A stretch of DNA of 64,000 nt from Mobula hypostoma (taxonomy: Eukaryota): positions 129,458,001-129,522,000 of the forward strand of contig NC_086097.1 in the NCBI RefSeq assembly GCF_963921235.1, in the 5' to 3' direction. A program made the translations under genes and the position numbers. The notes under the pieces are model-generated. The model ran no database searches. It was given only the letters and a program-made list of their open reading frames with translations, and was not told the DNA's origin. Numbering within the stretch: position 1 is the stretch's first letter; each line of letters opens with the position of its first letter. Below, piece after piece: positions 12,791 through 25,439 of this stretch.

Positions 12791-13164
12791 TACTAATAGT
12801 GTTGAGGTCTTCATTGATGACTATGGACAAACCTTATAATAATGCTATAACTTAGAGAGTCACAGAGACAGGGTCCTCAGCCCATCTAGTCTAGTCTCAA
12901 CCCACACCTGGACCATAGCCCTCAATACACCTTGCATCTATGCATTTATCCAAACTTCTCTTAGATGTTGATATCAAACCCACATTCACCATTAACACTG
13001 ACCTACTATTGGTTTTATTTTCTAGTTAGTATCATAAAGAAAACTCAATTGCTTCATTCGTTTTCATTTTTCATCTCTGTAAATGGGGCAATATGATAAA
13101 ACTTTCCATGCATGAGCATTCTTAATTTTGGCTATACTTTATTGCAAGATTAATTCTCATGGAA

Positions 13165-13410
13165 CACACAAGAAACTGCAGACACAGGAATCTGGAGCAA
13201 CAAACAAAAAATTGGAGGAACTCAGTGCGTCAGGCAGCAACCATGGAGGCAAATGGACAGTCAGACATTTCCAGTCGAGATCCCTCTCTGAACAGTCCTC
13301 TCCAACAAATCTAGTCCAGATGAAAGATCTTGACCTGAAATATCAATTTGTCCTCTTCCCTCCGCAGATGCTGCCTGACCTGTTAAATTCCTCCAGCATT
13401 TTGTTTGTTA
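13165..13410. mobile_element. Two Penelope-like termini in inverted orientation
   Basis: GGAGGAACTCAG..GTCAGGCAGCA arm followed by the reverse-complement arm TGCTGCCTGACCTG..TTCCTCCAGCA. Confidence 0.7.
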
Positions 13411-14379
13411 TCTCTGATGTATCAATTACCTTCTCCACTTTAAACCCCAATTCCAAGCTGCAACAGTCACATACAGGTCCTCCCCAAATTATGACAAAGT
13501 TCAATTCCTGAGAACTCTTCATAACCTGAATAGTCCATTAGTCAAAAATGTGACCACCCAGCGATGTACTTAAATAAAAGCATAGACCAACCAAGTGTAA
13601 TGTGTAGTTAAACAAGGTCATTTAACTCAGCCATTCAAATATTGCCACAAACCATGTTCCCACACTGCAGAACATGCCTACAGTAGCCAGCAAATGAGAT
13701 TAACATATTTTGGCATCTTGGTCTGCATGGTCAAATTAGGCCATAATGCCTGTATCTGCACTGTACAGCTCTTTGTCTCTCTGACTCTGGTTTTCTGCTT
13801 CCAGTCCTTAATTGTTGACAGATTTGTGTCGCTGCACCATTAAATTCCCAGAAGAAAGTCAAAGGCTACTGGAGGTATTGAAGATGAAGAAGTACAAGAA
13901 CATATATCAGTTCAACTTTTGCCAAGTCATTCACCCTTCCATCATACACTTTTCTGATTGTCAGAGAAAGACATAATAAATACTTGTGGCATATAAATGC
14001 TACTCTACAGGAAATCATCCCAAGCATTTCTCTCTCACACCTCAGTACCAAGAGATGCATATCTCAGCATTCAAGCTGTCGTCAGTGAACCATGGCGATG
14101 TTCTGCGGGCTGCATTCAAGAGTACCAATACTTTTGTGTCATATATTTCCACTCCCTCTGACCCAGTCTAGGGAGATCCAGTGAGAATTAAAGAATAAAG
14201 CTAAGCTGGAGGTAGAATGTACGGATTCAGGTGACGAAGCATTTAGGAAGAGAGAAGCAAAGGAGAAGATAGTAATGCGGTACAATGACAGAAGCAATGA
14301 TAACCAAAGTGGATCAGAAAGGGGCAGAGCATACAAGCGGATGAGTGCACCAGCAAACAGGATGAGAGCATCAGGTAAA

Positions 14380-15110
14380 ACTAGAGGCTTTTTATCTGAA
14401 TGCAAGCAGCATCTGTAAAAAGATAAATGAGCTTACCACACAAATTAAATAAATGGGATTGATCTGATAGCCATTACCGAGATGCAGTTGTATGGTGCCA
14501 AGGTGAATATTAAGGCGTATCTGACATTTCAGAAGATCAGACAGCAAGACAAAACAAGTGAAGCAACGCTTTTAACAAAGGATACATCATGGCTGTGGTG
14601 AGGAATGACAGCAGCACAGAAGCTCAAGACGTGGAACCAATTTGGATGAAGACAAGAAGTATAAACTGCGAGAAGTCACTGCTGGGAATCATATAGGGAT
14701 TGCACTTTGTAAGCAATACAAATCTAGGAATAATCAGGTCTAGTAAGAAAGCTCTTGCAATAATCATGGGTAATTTGAATCATCATTTAGATTGGACAAG
14801 TTAATTTGGCGACATAGCATCTGTTCATAGAACAGTAACCAGCCCTTCTAGCCCAAAAACAAGATAAATAAAAGGGAAACCAGTAGATGTAATATATTCG
14901 CAAACACGAGGAAATCTGCAGATGCTGGAATTTCAAGCAACACACATAGAAGTTGCTGGTGAACGCAGCAGGCCAGGCAGCATCTCTAGGAAGAGGTACA
15001 GTCGACGTTTCGGGCCGAGACCCTTCGTCAGGTCAGATGTAATATATTAGGATTTTCAGAAGGTGTTCGATAAAATGCCCCATAAAAGTCATTGTACAAG
15101 ATAGCATAAG
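14380..15110 (+). mobile_element. Old, internally deleted CR1 fragment (endonuclease to RT start)
   Basis: LIAITE, IIMGNLN and PVDVIY..DFQKVFDKMP remnants. Confidence 0.6.
14899..15034 (-). mobile_element. Young 136-bp Penelope-like terminus with hammerhead core
   Basis: Perfect 14-bp TSD AGATGTAATATATT (14885-14898, 15035-15048); minus strand reads CTGACGA-AGGGTCTCGGCCC-GAAA-CGTC. Confidence 0.85.
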
Positions 15111-16680
15111 GTTAGGTATGGAAGAGGAGTGGGGAAATTTGATGGGATGCTAAATGGGGTAAGCAAAAACAACCTTAAGTGCCACCAACAGAGCACTCTA
15201 TATTAAAAGGCATTTTACATTACTTAACCTCATCAAGTGTTACTGCAGCATTTCAAAGGGTGGCTCAAATAGAGATGTACGCATTGCATGATCTAACAAC
15301 ATTGTACGGAACCTACTAAAAGTGTTAATGGGCTACAGACAGCTCTTTAGCCTTCTGGAAGGTTTCACCAGGCAGCTAGCACTGAAGCCTCGGGTATGTA
15401 CTTTGTTGTTTCTGGTTTAGTTGACTTAAGCAATTAATTGCCAGAAATCATTTCATTTTGCAGATCTTTTAGAAGTAATCTATATATCACAGAGCAGCAA
15501 TCAGTGATGTCAAAGTTACATAGGATATCAATTCCATGGGAGTAAAATTGTTTCTTCTTCCATTTGTTTAACAGTAGTATCACTAACCACAAGTTAGGTA
15601 TATTGATTTGTCTCATGTTATCCCTTACGATCTTCAAATTTTGGTTTCATGCCCATTCTGCTGTAATTACTCCACCACTGACAGTCAAGTCCTCAATGCC
15701 ACAGCCCTATGATCTGGAATTTCCACAGATCTCCCTCAATCTTACCTTTCAGACACTCCCATAAACTTACCTCTTGGGCTCAATGTCTACCTTTGTTTGA
15801 AATGCTATGCTGAACCATTCTGGGACATTCAGTTTCCAATTACATGGTTAAAAAGATAAGGTGTACATTTTACCAGAGTCTCCATTGGAAGACAGGAATG
15901 ACACTGACATAGAAATTGAGGCTTTTGTTATCCTAACAGGTCTGTAGAGAAGAGACAGACAATTGGTCTGCCTGTAGGATGATGTTTGGCGACTGTTTCC
16001 GTTTAGTGGTGAACCCTTTTTCTTTTTTGTTGAAGGTATAACATTCATCTAATATTCTGTAGCCTGGATTTACAAGAGCTTTTCTATTGCAATCTCATGG
16101 TCCTCACTTTTTTTCTTTGCCTTCCAGAATGTAAAATCACAGAGAAATCTCCAATAGATAGCTGATTGTTCTTTGACATAAAACCGTAGTGGGTTTGGGG
16201 TGTGTGAAAGACAACTCTTCAAATAAACGAGGAGTAATACACTCAGTTGCCACTTTATTCAGTACACCTTTACACCTGTGCATTAATGCAAATATCTAAT
16301 CAGCCAATCATGTGGCAGCAACTCAATGCTTAAATGTGCACAGACATGGTCTAGAGGTTCGGTTGTTATTCAGACCAAATATCAGAATGGGAAAGAAATG
16401 TGAACTAAGTGACTTTGACTGTGGAATAATTGCTGATGCCAGTATCTCAGAAATTGCTGAACTCCTGGGATTTTCGCACACAACTGTCTCTAGAGTTAAC
16501 AGATAATGGTGCAAAAAAACAAAAAAAAAATCCAGTGAGTGGCAGTTCTGTGGGTGAAAATGCCATGTTAATGAGAGAGGTCAGAGGAGAAAGACCAGAC
16601 TGGTTCAAGCTGACAGGAACGCAACAGTAACTCAAATAACCACTCATTACAAAAGTGGTTTGCAGAAGAACATTTCTGAA

Positions 16681-16928
16681 TGTTATATTTTGTAACTCCA
16701 GAGCATTAAACTAATTGAAACGAACGAATGACAGTCTGAAATGTGAGTCTAACTTAGTCTTTACTTTAAACAAGGTGTGCACATATCACCTGGTGACGTG
16801 ATGACATATGCCATTTACGTACTTTTACAGATAACCTACAATTCGTAATGGAAACAACGAAGAATGCTTAATCAAACAATATATTTACAATATTACTCAA
16901 ATATTACTGAAAGATTAAATACATAACA
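16681..16928 (-). repeat. 3' LTR of the Gypsy element
   Basis: Direct repeat of 21066-21481. Confidence 0.88.
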
Positions 16929-19900
16929 CTCTGCCCTAATTAGCTATAAACTCCAACTCAATATAGAATACTTCTCAACTATATACACAATATACTATAT
17001 AATACAACTACTATACAGATGTGTACAGCAGAATAAATTTTAATTTGACCTATTCTGACCTAAAGGCGAATCCCGACAAGGGGTTTCCTCTGCTTGGCTA
17101 CTGAGACATGTGGTTCTGACAGCAGTAGTCACCTTTCTTCCCTAACAATTGGCTCTGTTCTCCTCATCTGATCAAGGTATTGCCTCCAGATGATATCCGA
17201 TGCAATCTCCACCATGTAGGAGAGTGGTCTAGCTCTGTCCTTAATTTTTCCAAGTACTCATGTTTGATCACCCCTGTAGTTCCTCACCAGAACTGCTTGT
17301 CCAGGAGTGAAACATCTAACCTTCTTGTTTGAAGACCTTTCAATTTGTCTCAGCTGTCTGTCCTGCATTCTCTCTTCTGAGACTGGGCATGAGAAGATCC
17401 AATCTTAATGCAAGGAATGATGCATGAACAACATAGCAGAATGTAAAATGAAACTGTTGGCTTGATGCTTTGACTGGTGGCCTGGGGTATTTCAAGCAGC
17501 TTGTAGAGTGCACTCCATTATGATATGCAAAGAAAAAAGTTTGTGAATTTCTGACCCAGTGTCAGTGCTGTGTGTTCTGATGACAATGCTCGCAGTACAT
17601 TCTTTAGATTCTGGGCAAATCTTTCCACAAAGCCATTTCTAGCTGGGTGGTTGGGTGCAGATGTAACATGCCTTACTCCATTCAATTTTAGGAATGAATG
17701 AAATTGTTCTGCAACAAATTGCGGTCCATTGTCACTGACCATCAGTCCTTGAGAAGAGGCTTCTCAATACATCGACAGTGTGTGAGGATGTAATGGAGGC
17801 TATTGGGAACACTATTGGCCTCTTCGTAGTTGCATTCACTACCACTAAGAAATTTGTGCCCATGAGTGGTCCAGAAAAATCAAAATGAATCCTACACTGG
17901 GGCAATGCAGACCACTCCCAGGGATGAAAAGATGCTGCTCCTGGCATCTTCTGGACATGCTGGCATCCTAAACAGTGCATGACAAGCTGCTTGAAATATC
18001 CCAAGCCACCAGACAAAACATCAAGCCAACAGTTTCACTTTGATCACGCCTAGATAACCAGCATGTTGCTCCCTCTACAATTTTGCTCTCAGGTTGAATG
18101 GTACAACAACTCTCAATCCCCACATAAAGGGCATGTTCATCCCAGCACTGGCAAAAATGGGGAACTGCGATTTGTGCTGTACATTCCAGCCATTTTGGGT
18201 GGCCATGAAGACATGAGATAGTGTAGAGTCTTTTCTGATCTCCCTTTGGATCATTTCTGCTGTAGTAGAGAGAGTTCCGATTTGCACCAAGAGAAGTATC
18301 CTTGTTTGTAAATTTTTCAGTTATTTCCTATTCCAAGGGTAACTGGGACAATCCAACAGGATTTCCATGACTAGTCATTCTCTTGAATTCAATCTTGTAA
18401 TTGTGTCCTCCAAGAAACAAAGCCCATTACTGCATATGTGCTGCTGATGTGGATTGAAAATGGACACTCTCTCATACATGCACTGGATAAAGTATTTTAC
18501 AATCCTCTCTGTCAATCTGCATAATTTTTCACTGCAGTGGTAAGGGAATGTGATACAAAGGCTATAGGATGTTCGGTTCCATCACTCATGGCGTGACATG
18601 TCTGCACCTGTACCACAAGGCGAGCTGGCACAGGCAAGCTTCAATGGTCGATGTCGATTTTAATGTGTGAGTACAGTGTTTGACACCACCATTTCCATTT
18701 CCTTTTGGAAAGCCACCTCACATTGCCATTTCTTCCTGATCTGTAGTAATGAGTTCAAGGGGTGGAGCACATTAGCCAGGTTTGACAGAAATCAGTTAAA
18801 GTAATCAACAAATCCTAAAAAGGACCACAACTGTGACACGTTCTTTGGCCTTGGAGCATCCACCACTGCTTGAATTTTCTCAATGCACTTGTTTAATCTT
18901 TGGGTGTCAGTAGTGTGACCACAGTAAGTGATGCTATGTTTAAAGAATTCACACTTGTTGTGTTATACCCTGAGCCCATAACCTTCAAATCTTTTTAACA
19001 GATATTTTGCAGATGTTCCAGGCTGCACTGAGTGCCTGGGCAATCTTGCAGCACCTTCTCCATACCTTTCTGCAAGAGTCCAGGTGCAGATGCTGTGTCA
19101 AAAATAATCCTACTATAGCAATAAAGCCCTTTATGAGTGTTTGTGGTGAGAAACACTTTGGAACCTTCTATCATCTGCATCTGTAGGCAGGCCTCAGCTA
19201 GGTCCACTTTGCTGAAGTGTTTCCTCCAGACAAGTCTGCAAAGATATCCTCTATCCTGGGCAGAGGATATTGATCTACTTTCAGTACTGGATTGATGGTG
19301 ACATTAAGATCACTACAGATCCTGACAGACCAATTGTCCTTGGCTACTGGGACCATTGGCATTTCACATGGGTTCCAGTCAAGTTTGGAAAGAATTCCTT
19401 CAGCTTCCATGTGACTTAGCTTATTGGCTACATTATCACAGTTGGTATAAGGAACCGAACAGGCTTCGCAAAACTTGGGTGTGGCTTTTTCATTTAATGG
19501 TACTTTCCCCTTGATATGTTCGAGTTTTCCAGTGCCATCATCCAGTATCTTTCTTAATTTGTTTTTAGTTGACACTATTACAGGGGATGTCGCAAGCAAA
19601 TGATGGATGGATCTCCAATTAAGTTATAGTTATCTCAGCCAACCATGATCCCACAATGGTGACCCTCCTGTTCTTACCAATGTGGTTTGCTTGTTGTTGT
19701 ATCTCACTGTTATAAATAATATTCCCACAGGAGTTATCTTTTCCTCAGTGCAAGTTCTTAGTTGGATATCTGCAGGCTTCAGTTTACAAACTTTGAAATG
19801 CTGTTCATACTCACTTTGTGGAATGATTGAAACAGCCAAGCCAGTGTCCAATTTCATTTTAATTAATTCACTTCTGCTGTAAACTATATTGCTTGTCTAT

Positions 19901-21065
19901 CACAGTACACCAAATGCTGGAGGAAGTCAGCAAGTCAGGCAGTATCTATGGAAATGAATAAACAATCAATGTTTCAGGTTGGGATTGTCTGTCATTAGTT
20001 TTCACATTTTAAACCTCAAGTCTACCCAGTCCGGTATCACTCTCAATATTATCAGATTTTTCATCAACAGCACACAGTTTAGTGCTCATTTTGAAACTGC
20101 AACTGGACTTTTTATCTTTTTCTCTTCCCTGTGCAGTCCATTTATTTTTGTCTGCCCAAGATGTTCTTTGTACGTAACCTACTTTGTTACACTCTTTGCG
20201 AGTTTCACCTTTAAAGCAACATTGAGCCCCTGCCACAATTTGCTCAGCCAGGCCAGTTCCTGTATTGATGCTGTAATTTTGTTCACACTCACTATCATTC
20301 CTGACTGCAACTTAATTACTTCTCGGTCTGTTGTTTCCATTGATACATCTATTTCAACTGCTCTTTTAAATGTAAGTTGTGCTTCAGTTAGGAGCCATTC
20401 TTAATGCATTCCTCTAAAACTCCACAAACTAAACAATCTCTCAGTGCACCATTAAGCCTATTATTGAACTGACAATGCTCAGTCTCTTCAATTCAGACAC
20501 ATATGCTGAAATAGACTCCCCTTCCTTTGGATTCTGGTTATGAAACTAAAGAGTTCTGCCATCAACAATGGTTTCAGTTCTAAATATTTCTGCCTTAGTT
20601 TGTCAAAATCATCAAAGCTCATGTCAGCTGGTTTGGTTGGAGCAGTTAAACCTCAATGCAAACTATATGCCTATAAACCCAATGCAGTCAGCAAAGTCGG
20701 AACTTGTTTCTCATTGGCTATTTCATTTGCTTTAAAGCACTACTGAATCCACTCTGTATATAACATCCAGTTATCTGTTGTGTAATCAAGTGCATTAATC
20801 TTTCCAATGCAGCCATTTATGTTCTTTTTTATTATTATTATCACCCAGTACTCACTGTTTATAAGTTTGTCCATTTTCTGCCATTTTTAACTCAACCGCC
20901 TTTCCTTTTTCAAAGATAACGCACTGCTCTGAAGGGAAAATAAATGTACTGCACTTTTTTTAACATGACCATTTCTTGCTGCACTTTTTAAAAAATCAAA
21001 CATCTCACTGTGCTTCAACAAGTAGGTAGTCGCTTCATGCTTGTTTACAGTTTCATCATCGCCAT

Positions 21066-21481
21066 TGTTATGATTTATAACTCCAAAACATTAAACTAAT
21101 TTAAAAGAAAAGACCAGAGTCCAAAATTTGAGGCTAACTTAGTTTTTACTTTAAGTGAGGGCACTAACGTATCATGTGGCGATGTGATCACATATGGCCT
21201 TAAAGTGCTTTTAGAGATAACCCACAATGGTTTAAGTGTATTCTATGTTACATTGACTGTTCTGTTTATTATAAATTATTATAAATTACTATGATTGCAC
21301 ATTGCACATTTAGACAGAGACATATGTAAAGATTTTTTACCCTTCATGTATGTGAAGGATGTAAGAAATAAAGTCGATTCATTCATTCAGTCAATGCATT
21401 ATGTGAACAACGGAAAATGCTTAATCAAACAATATATTAACAATATTACTCACATATTACTGAAGTATTAAGCACACATCA
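21066..21481 (-). repeat. 5' LTR of the Gypsy element, carrying a ~165-bp LINE-tail insertion (~21230-21396)
   Basis: Aligns to the other LTR except for an AATAAA/(ATTC)n-ending insert with CAATG on both sides. Confidence 0.82.
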
Positions 21482-22164
21482 CTGAATGCATAACACGTCA
21501 AACCTTGAAGTGGAAGGGCTACAGCAGCAGAAGGTCATGAACATACACTCAGTACCTAGTAAGGTGGGCACTAAGTGTAGAATGTAAAAAGGAATTCCTA
21601 ATAACTGCATGATAATATTATCAAGCAAACAAAACTAAAGCTCCTTGTATTCTGGTGTTGTGTTGTCAAACCTTGGCTTTCTCTCCATGGGAGGTTGTAG
21701 ATCTTCAGCCAGTGGCTCAGGTGAATGAATGTTTTGGCACTAAGATATCCAAGGGATATGGGGGCTAAGGCACGGAAGAGTAGCTGATGTAAAAGTTCAG
21801 CCACATTCTTGTTAAAGGCACCGCAGGCCTAAGGATGCAATTTGTCCCGCTCTGCTCTTATTTCCTTTCCTCCTTGGTTCTGATGAAGGCATGACAGGAA
21901 TTAAGACATAGAGTTTGCAACATGTACTTCCCCAAAATTACGCAGGCATTCCTTGGACCCTTTGTCTCTTCCCACCCAAAGACTTACTAGACAGTGTGTT
22001 CAGCAGAGGAAGATTAAATTAGCAGAATGAAGTTCCTGAGCAATTCAAAAACATACTTGGAAGTCAATAATAGTTTGAGTTTATGAAAGAAACATTGTAA
22101 GTTCATGGGAACACATTGTGGAAACATGAAATTATACCCCATCTTTCACTTCAACATTCAGGAA

Positions 22165-23270
22165 ATATACTAGAAGATTGGTTGACTGGCAGGAGGAAAG
22201 GAGTGGAAATGAAGGGGGCCTTTTCTGGTTGGCTGTGGTGTTAGTGGTGTTCCATAGGTGTCGCTGTGGGAGCTACTTCTTTTCACATTATACGTCAATG
22301 ATTTGGATGACAGAATTGATGGCTTCACGACCAAGTTTGCAGACAATCTGAAGCTATATAGATGGGCAGGTAATGTTGAGGATGCAAGGAGTCTGCAGAA
22401 GGATTTAGACAGCTTAGCAGAATGGAGAAAGAAGTGGCAGATGGATGTAGTGTAGGGAAGTGTATGGTCATTCACTTTGGTAGAAAGAATAAAGTTGTAC
22501 ACTATTTTCTAAACAGGGAGAAAATTCAGAAATCAGAAGTGCAAAGGGACTTGGGAGTCCTTGTGAAGGATTCCCTGAAGATTAACTTCAGGTTAAGTCA
22601 GAGCTAAGGAATGAAAATGCAATGTTAACATTCATTTTGAGAGGACGAGAACATAAAAGCAAAAATGTAATACTGAAGCATTATAAGATATTGGTCAGAC
22701 TGCACTTGGAATATGGTGAGCAGCTTTGGCCCCTTATCTAAGAAAGGATGTGCTGCTACTGTAGAGGGTCCAGAGGAGTTTCATAAGGTTCTAGGGAATA
22801 AAAGGATTAACATGTGAGAAGTGTTTGATGGCTGTGGGCCTGTACCCACGGGAGATTAGAAAACTGAGGGGGAATCTCATTGAAACCTATCAAATATTGA
22901 AAGACCTAGACAAAGTGGACGTAGAGTGGATGTTTCCAAGAGTGAGGGAATCCAAGACCTGAGGGCACAGCCTCAGAATAGAATGATGTCCCATTAGAAC
23001 AGAGATGAGGAGGAATTTCTTTCAGTAGAGGGTGTTAAATCTATAGAGTTAATTGCCACAGACAACTGTGGAGGCTAGGTCATTGGATAAATATTTAGAG
23101 GGAAGTTGACTGAGTCTTGCTTACTTACTATTGCCATCAAAGGTTATGGGGAGAAGGCTGGAGAATGGGGGTGAGAGGGATGTTAAATCAGACATGAAGA
23201 AATGGCAGAGCAGGCTCGATGGGCTGAATGGCCTAATTCTCCTCCTGTATCTTATGATCTAATGGTCTCA
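22165..23270 (+). mobile_element. CR1 LINE 3' part (RT C-terminus and 3' UTR)
   Basis: LLFTLYVNDLD...KFADNLK; KCMVIHFGRKN; QRDLGV. Confidence 0.88.
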
Positions 23271-23614
23271 TAATCACTGGATTAAAACAGTCACAAAAAT
23301 AAGTGGAATTGTTCCACTAACTGGGTTCTTCCCTAAGCATTAGTTACCCCACAATGCATTTTAATCAATCCCATCCAGGCAATTAATATGTAGTAAGCAC
23401 AACTGTTTACACGTCATCTTTGTACAGCTATTGATGGATCAATATTGTTCATGTTCATCACTCTCTCTTTCTAATAAAAGCAACTCTGAACATTAGATTT
23501 GGCCTTGAAGAGCTCTTAGGCGACAAAAGTTTACCAAGGCTCACTATTAAGTACTTTTTCCTTGTCTAAAGATACTTATCACATTGCTCCCCATTTCTAG
23601 AAAATACAGACCTT

Positions 23615-25400
23615 TAGTAGTAGTGCAATCACTTGAGTTGAGTAAGATGTTCTCACGTTGTCTACTGGTGGATCCTCAGGTGGCTGTAGTGACCGATCCA
23701 GGATCTACATACCCTGGTGCACTGTGGGCAAGAGTAAGTTGTGGCTCTGGTTAGTGGTTGGAACTTTTGGTTGTTCAGTCTCTCTTTTTGCAGATGCCAC
23801 TCTGTGGCACAGCGGAGGCCGCTGTCATGTACCATTTCTCCCTCTTGAACAGATTTCCTCCAGGTGCATCTATTGAGTGTAATGTCTTCCCAGTTTTCAG
23901 AAGTAACGTTGAACTTCTTCAGGCTGAATTTGATGCTATCTTTGAAGTGTTTCCTTTGCCCACCAAGAGCATGCTAGCCTTCCTTCACCAAGGAGTAAAG
24001 GTTCAGTTTGGGGAGATGTGGTTAGGCATCTGAATGACATAACCTATCCATCAGAGTTTATGCTTTATCGTGGTGGAGATGCTGTTCATGTTGGCCTCTT
24101 CCAGTACACTGTTGTGTTAGTGTGTCTCTCCTTCCAGCTGATCAACAAAATCTTTTGTAAGGATCTTTGGTGGTATTGTTCCAGGGCTTTCCGGTGGCTA
24201 CTGTAGGTGGTCCATGATTCAGATCCATACTGTAATTTAGGAAGGACGACTACTCTATAAACCAAAAGTTTTGTTTGAACAAGTAGATCACGGTCTTCAA
24301 TGACAATTTTCCTTCATCTTGCAGAGGCTACATTAATGTTGCTCAGATGGTGGTTGATCTCTGAGTCGATGTCCGCTGTGAGAATGTCACCAAGGTACAG
24401 AAAGTAGTCTACATTTTCAAGGGTGATATTGCCAACTTTGACAGAGAGCTGGTTGGGTAGTAGCTGATATAGGACCCATGTCTTTTGTTATATTCAAAAC
24501 AAGACCCAGGATGCTAAGTGACTTGGTAAAAACATTCAGAATACATTGGAGGTCTTTCTTCAGAGAGAGCTGTCATTAGCATATCAATGCTTCATGATAG
24601 TTGTGGTGCTGCCTTGTTCTTGGCCCTGAATCGGTTGGGATTGAAAAGCCTGTTGTCCATTCTACACATAGTTGGGATTCCCTGTAGCAGGACTAGGCCA
24701 GTGAGGTGAAGGACGCAGCAATAAAGATGGCAACAAGGGTGAGCGCAATGATACACCCCTGTTAGACTTCTGCCTTGACAATGAAGGGTTCTGATTCAGT
24801 GCCACTATTGCTGAGTACTGTGGTTGACATGGCATCATGCAGTAGCCTCAGTATTTGTAAGTACTTATCAGAACAACCATTCCAGAGAGTTTGGCAGTCT
24901 ACTGTATTAAATGCCTTTGTCAAATCTATGAAGGGCAAGTACAAGAGTTGTCTTTGTTCACAGCATTCTCCTGTAATTGGCATGTTGTGAAGATCATGTC
25001 TGTGGTACTTCTAAATGGGCAGAAACCACACAGTGATTCAGGGATTTTGCCTTCAGATAGCGGAAGCAGTCAGTTGACAACTACATGTGCAAGCACTTTT
25101 CCTGTTGTTGACAGTAAGGAGATGCCTCTGTAAAAGCCACAACCTGACTTGTCTCCCTTCTTGAATATGGTCACTATTAGAGCACCCCTGACCTCTAATG
25201 GCATTTACTCATTTTCCCAGACTTTCAGGAGCAAGTCATGAATGTGGTGTAGAAGTGCTGGTCCAACTTCCTTGAGGATCTCTGCTGGGATCATCTCAGA
25301 AGCAAGAGCTTGGTTGCATTTCAGACTCCTGGTGGCATCATGAACTTCTTTCATACTGCATCTTCTTCTTGCTGTATCAGAGGGAAATGAGACATTGTTA
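23615..25400 (-). mobile_element. RTE-clade LINE, 5'-truncated, decayed RT
   Basis: CCEQRQLLYLPFIDLTKAFNTVD, IPAEILK, YRGISLLS remnants; (TAC)n-like tail. Confidence 0.8.
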
Positions 25401-25439
25401 TGTTCTATGTTGGAATGAGACATAGCTTACTTCCAGTAT

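Larger units (their letters stand above)
12181..12833 (+). mobile_element. Non-coding, non-autonomous retroelement with structured 5' end
   Basis: GC/CpG-rich insert in AT-rich DNA flanked by 11-bp TSD TTATAATAATG (12170-12180, 12834-12844). Confidence 0.75.
16681..21481 (-). mobile_element. Full-length decayed Ty3/Gypsy LTR retrotransposon
   Basis: TG...CA LTRs at 16681-16928 and 21066-21481, 5-bp TSD CTGAA, PBS-like TGGCGATGATG, PPT-like AGGGCAGAG; order gag, protease (LDTGLAVSII), RT (YPLPRIEDIFA), RNase H region, integrase (HPWEW, VSDNGPQF); many stops and frameshifts. Confidence 0.93.
16237..21579 (+). mobile_element. Tc1-type MITE split by a Gypsy insertion (16237-16680 and 21482-21579)
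   Basis: TIR CACTCAGTTGCCACTTTATT; homology to 892-1438 resumes after the LTR element. Confidence 0.8.

Noticed and set aside
15250..15400. Other exon-like segments (also ~32170-32300, 38897-39080, 40059-40075)
   Set aside because: Only one good splice site, stops in frame, or too short to tell from chance
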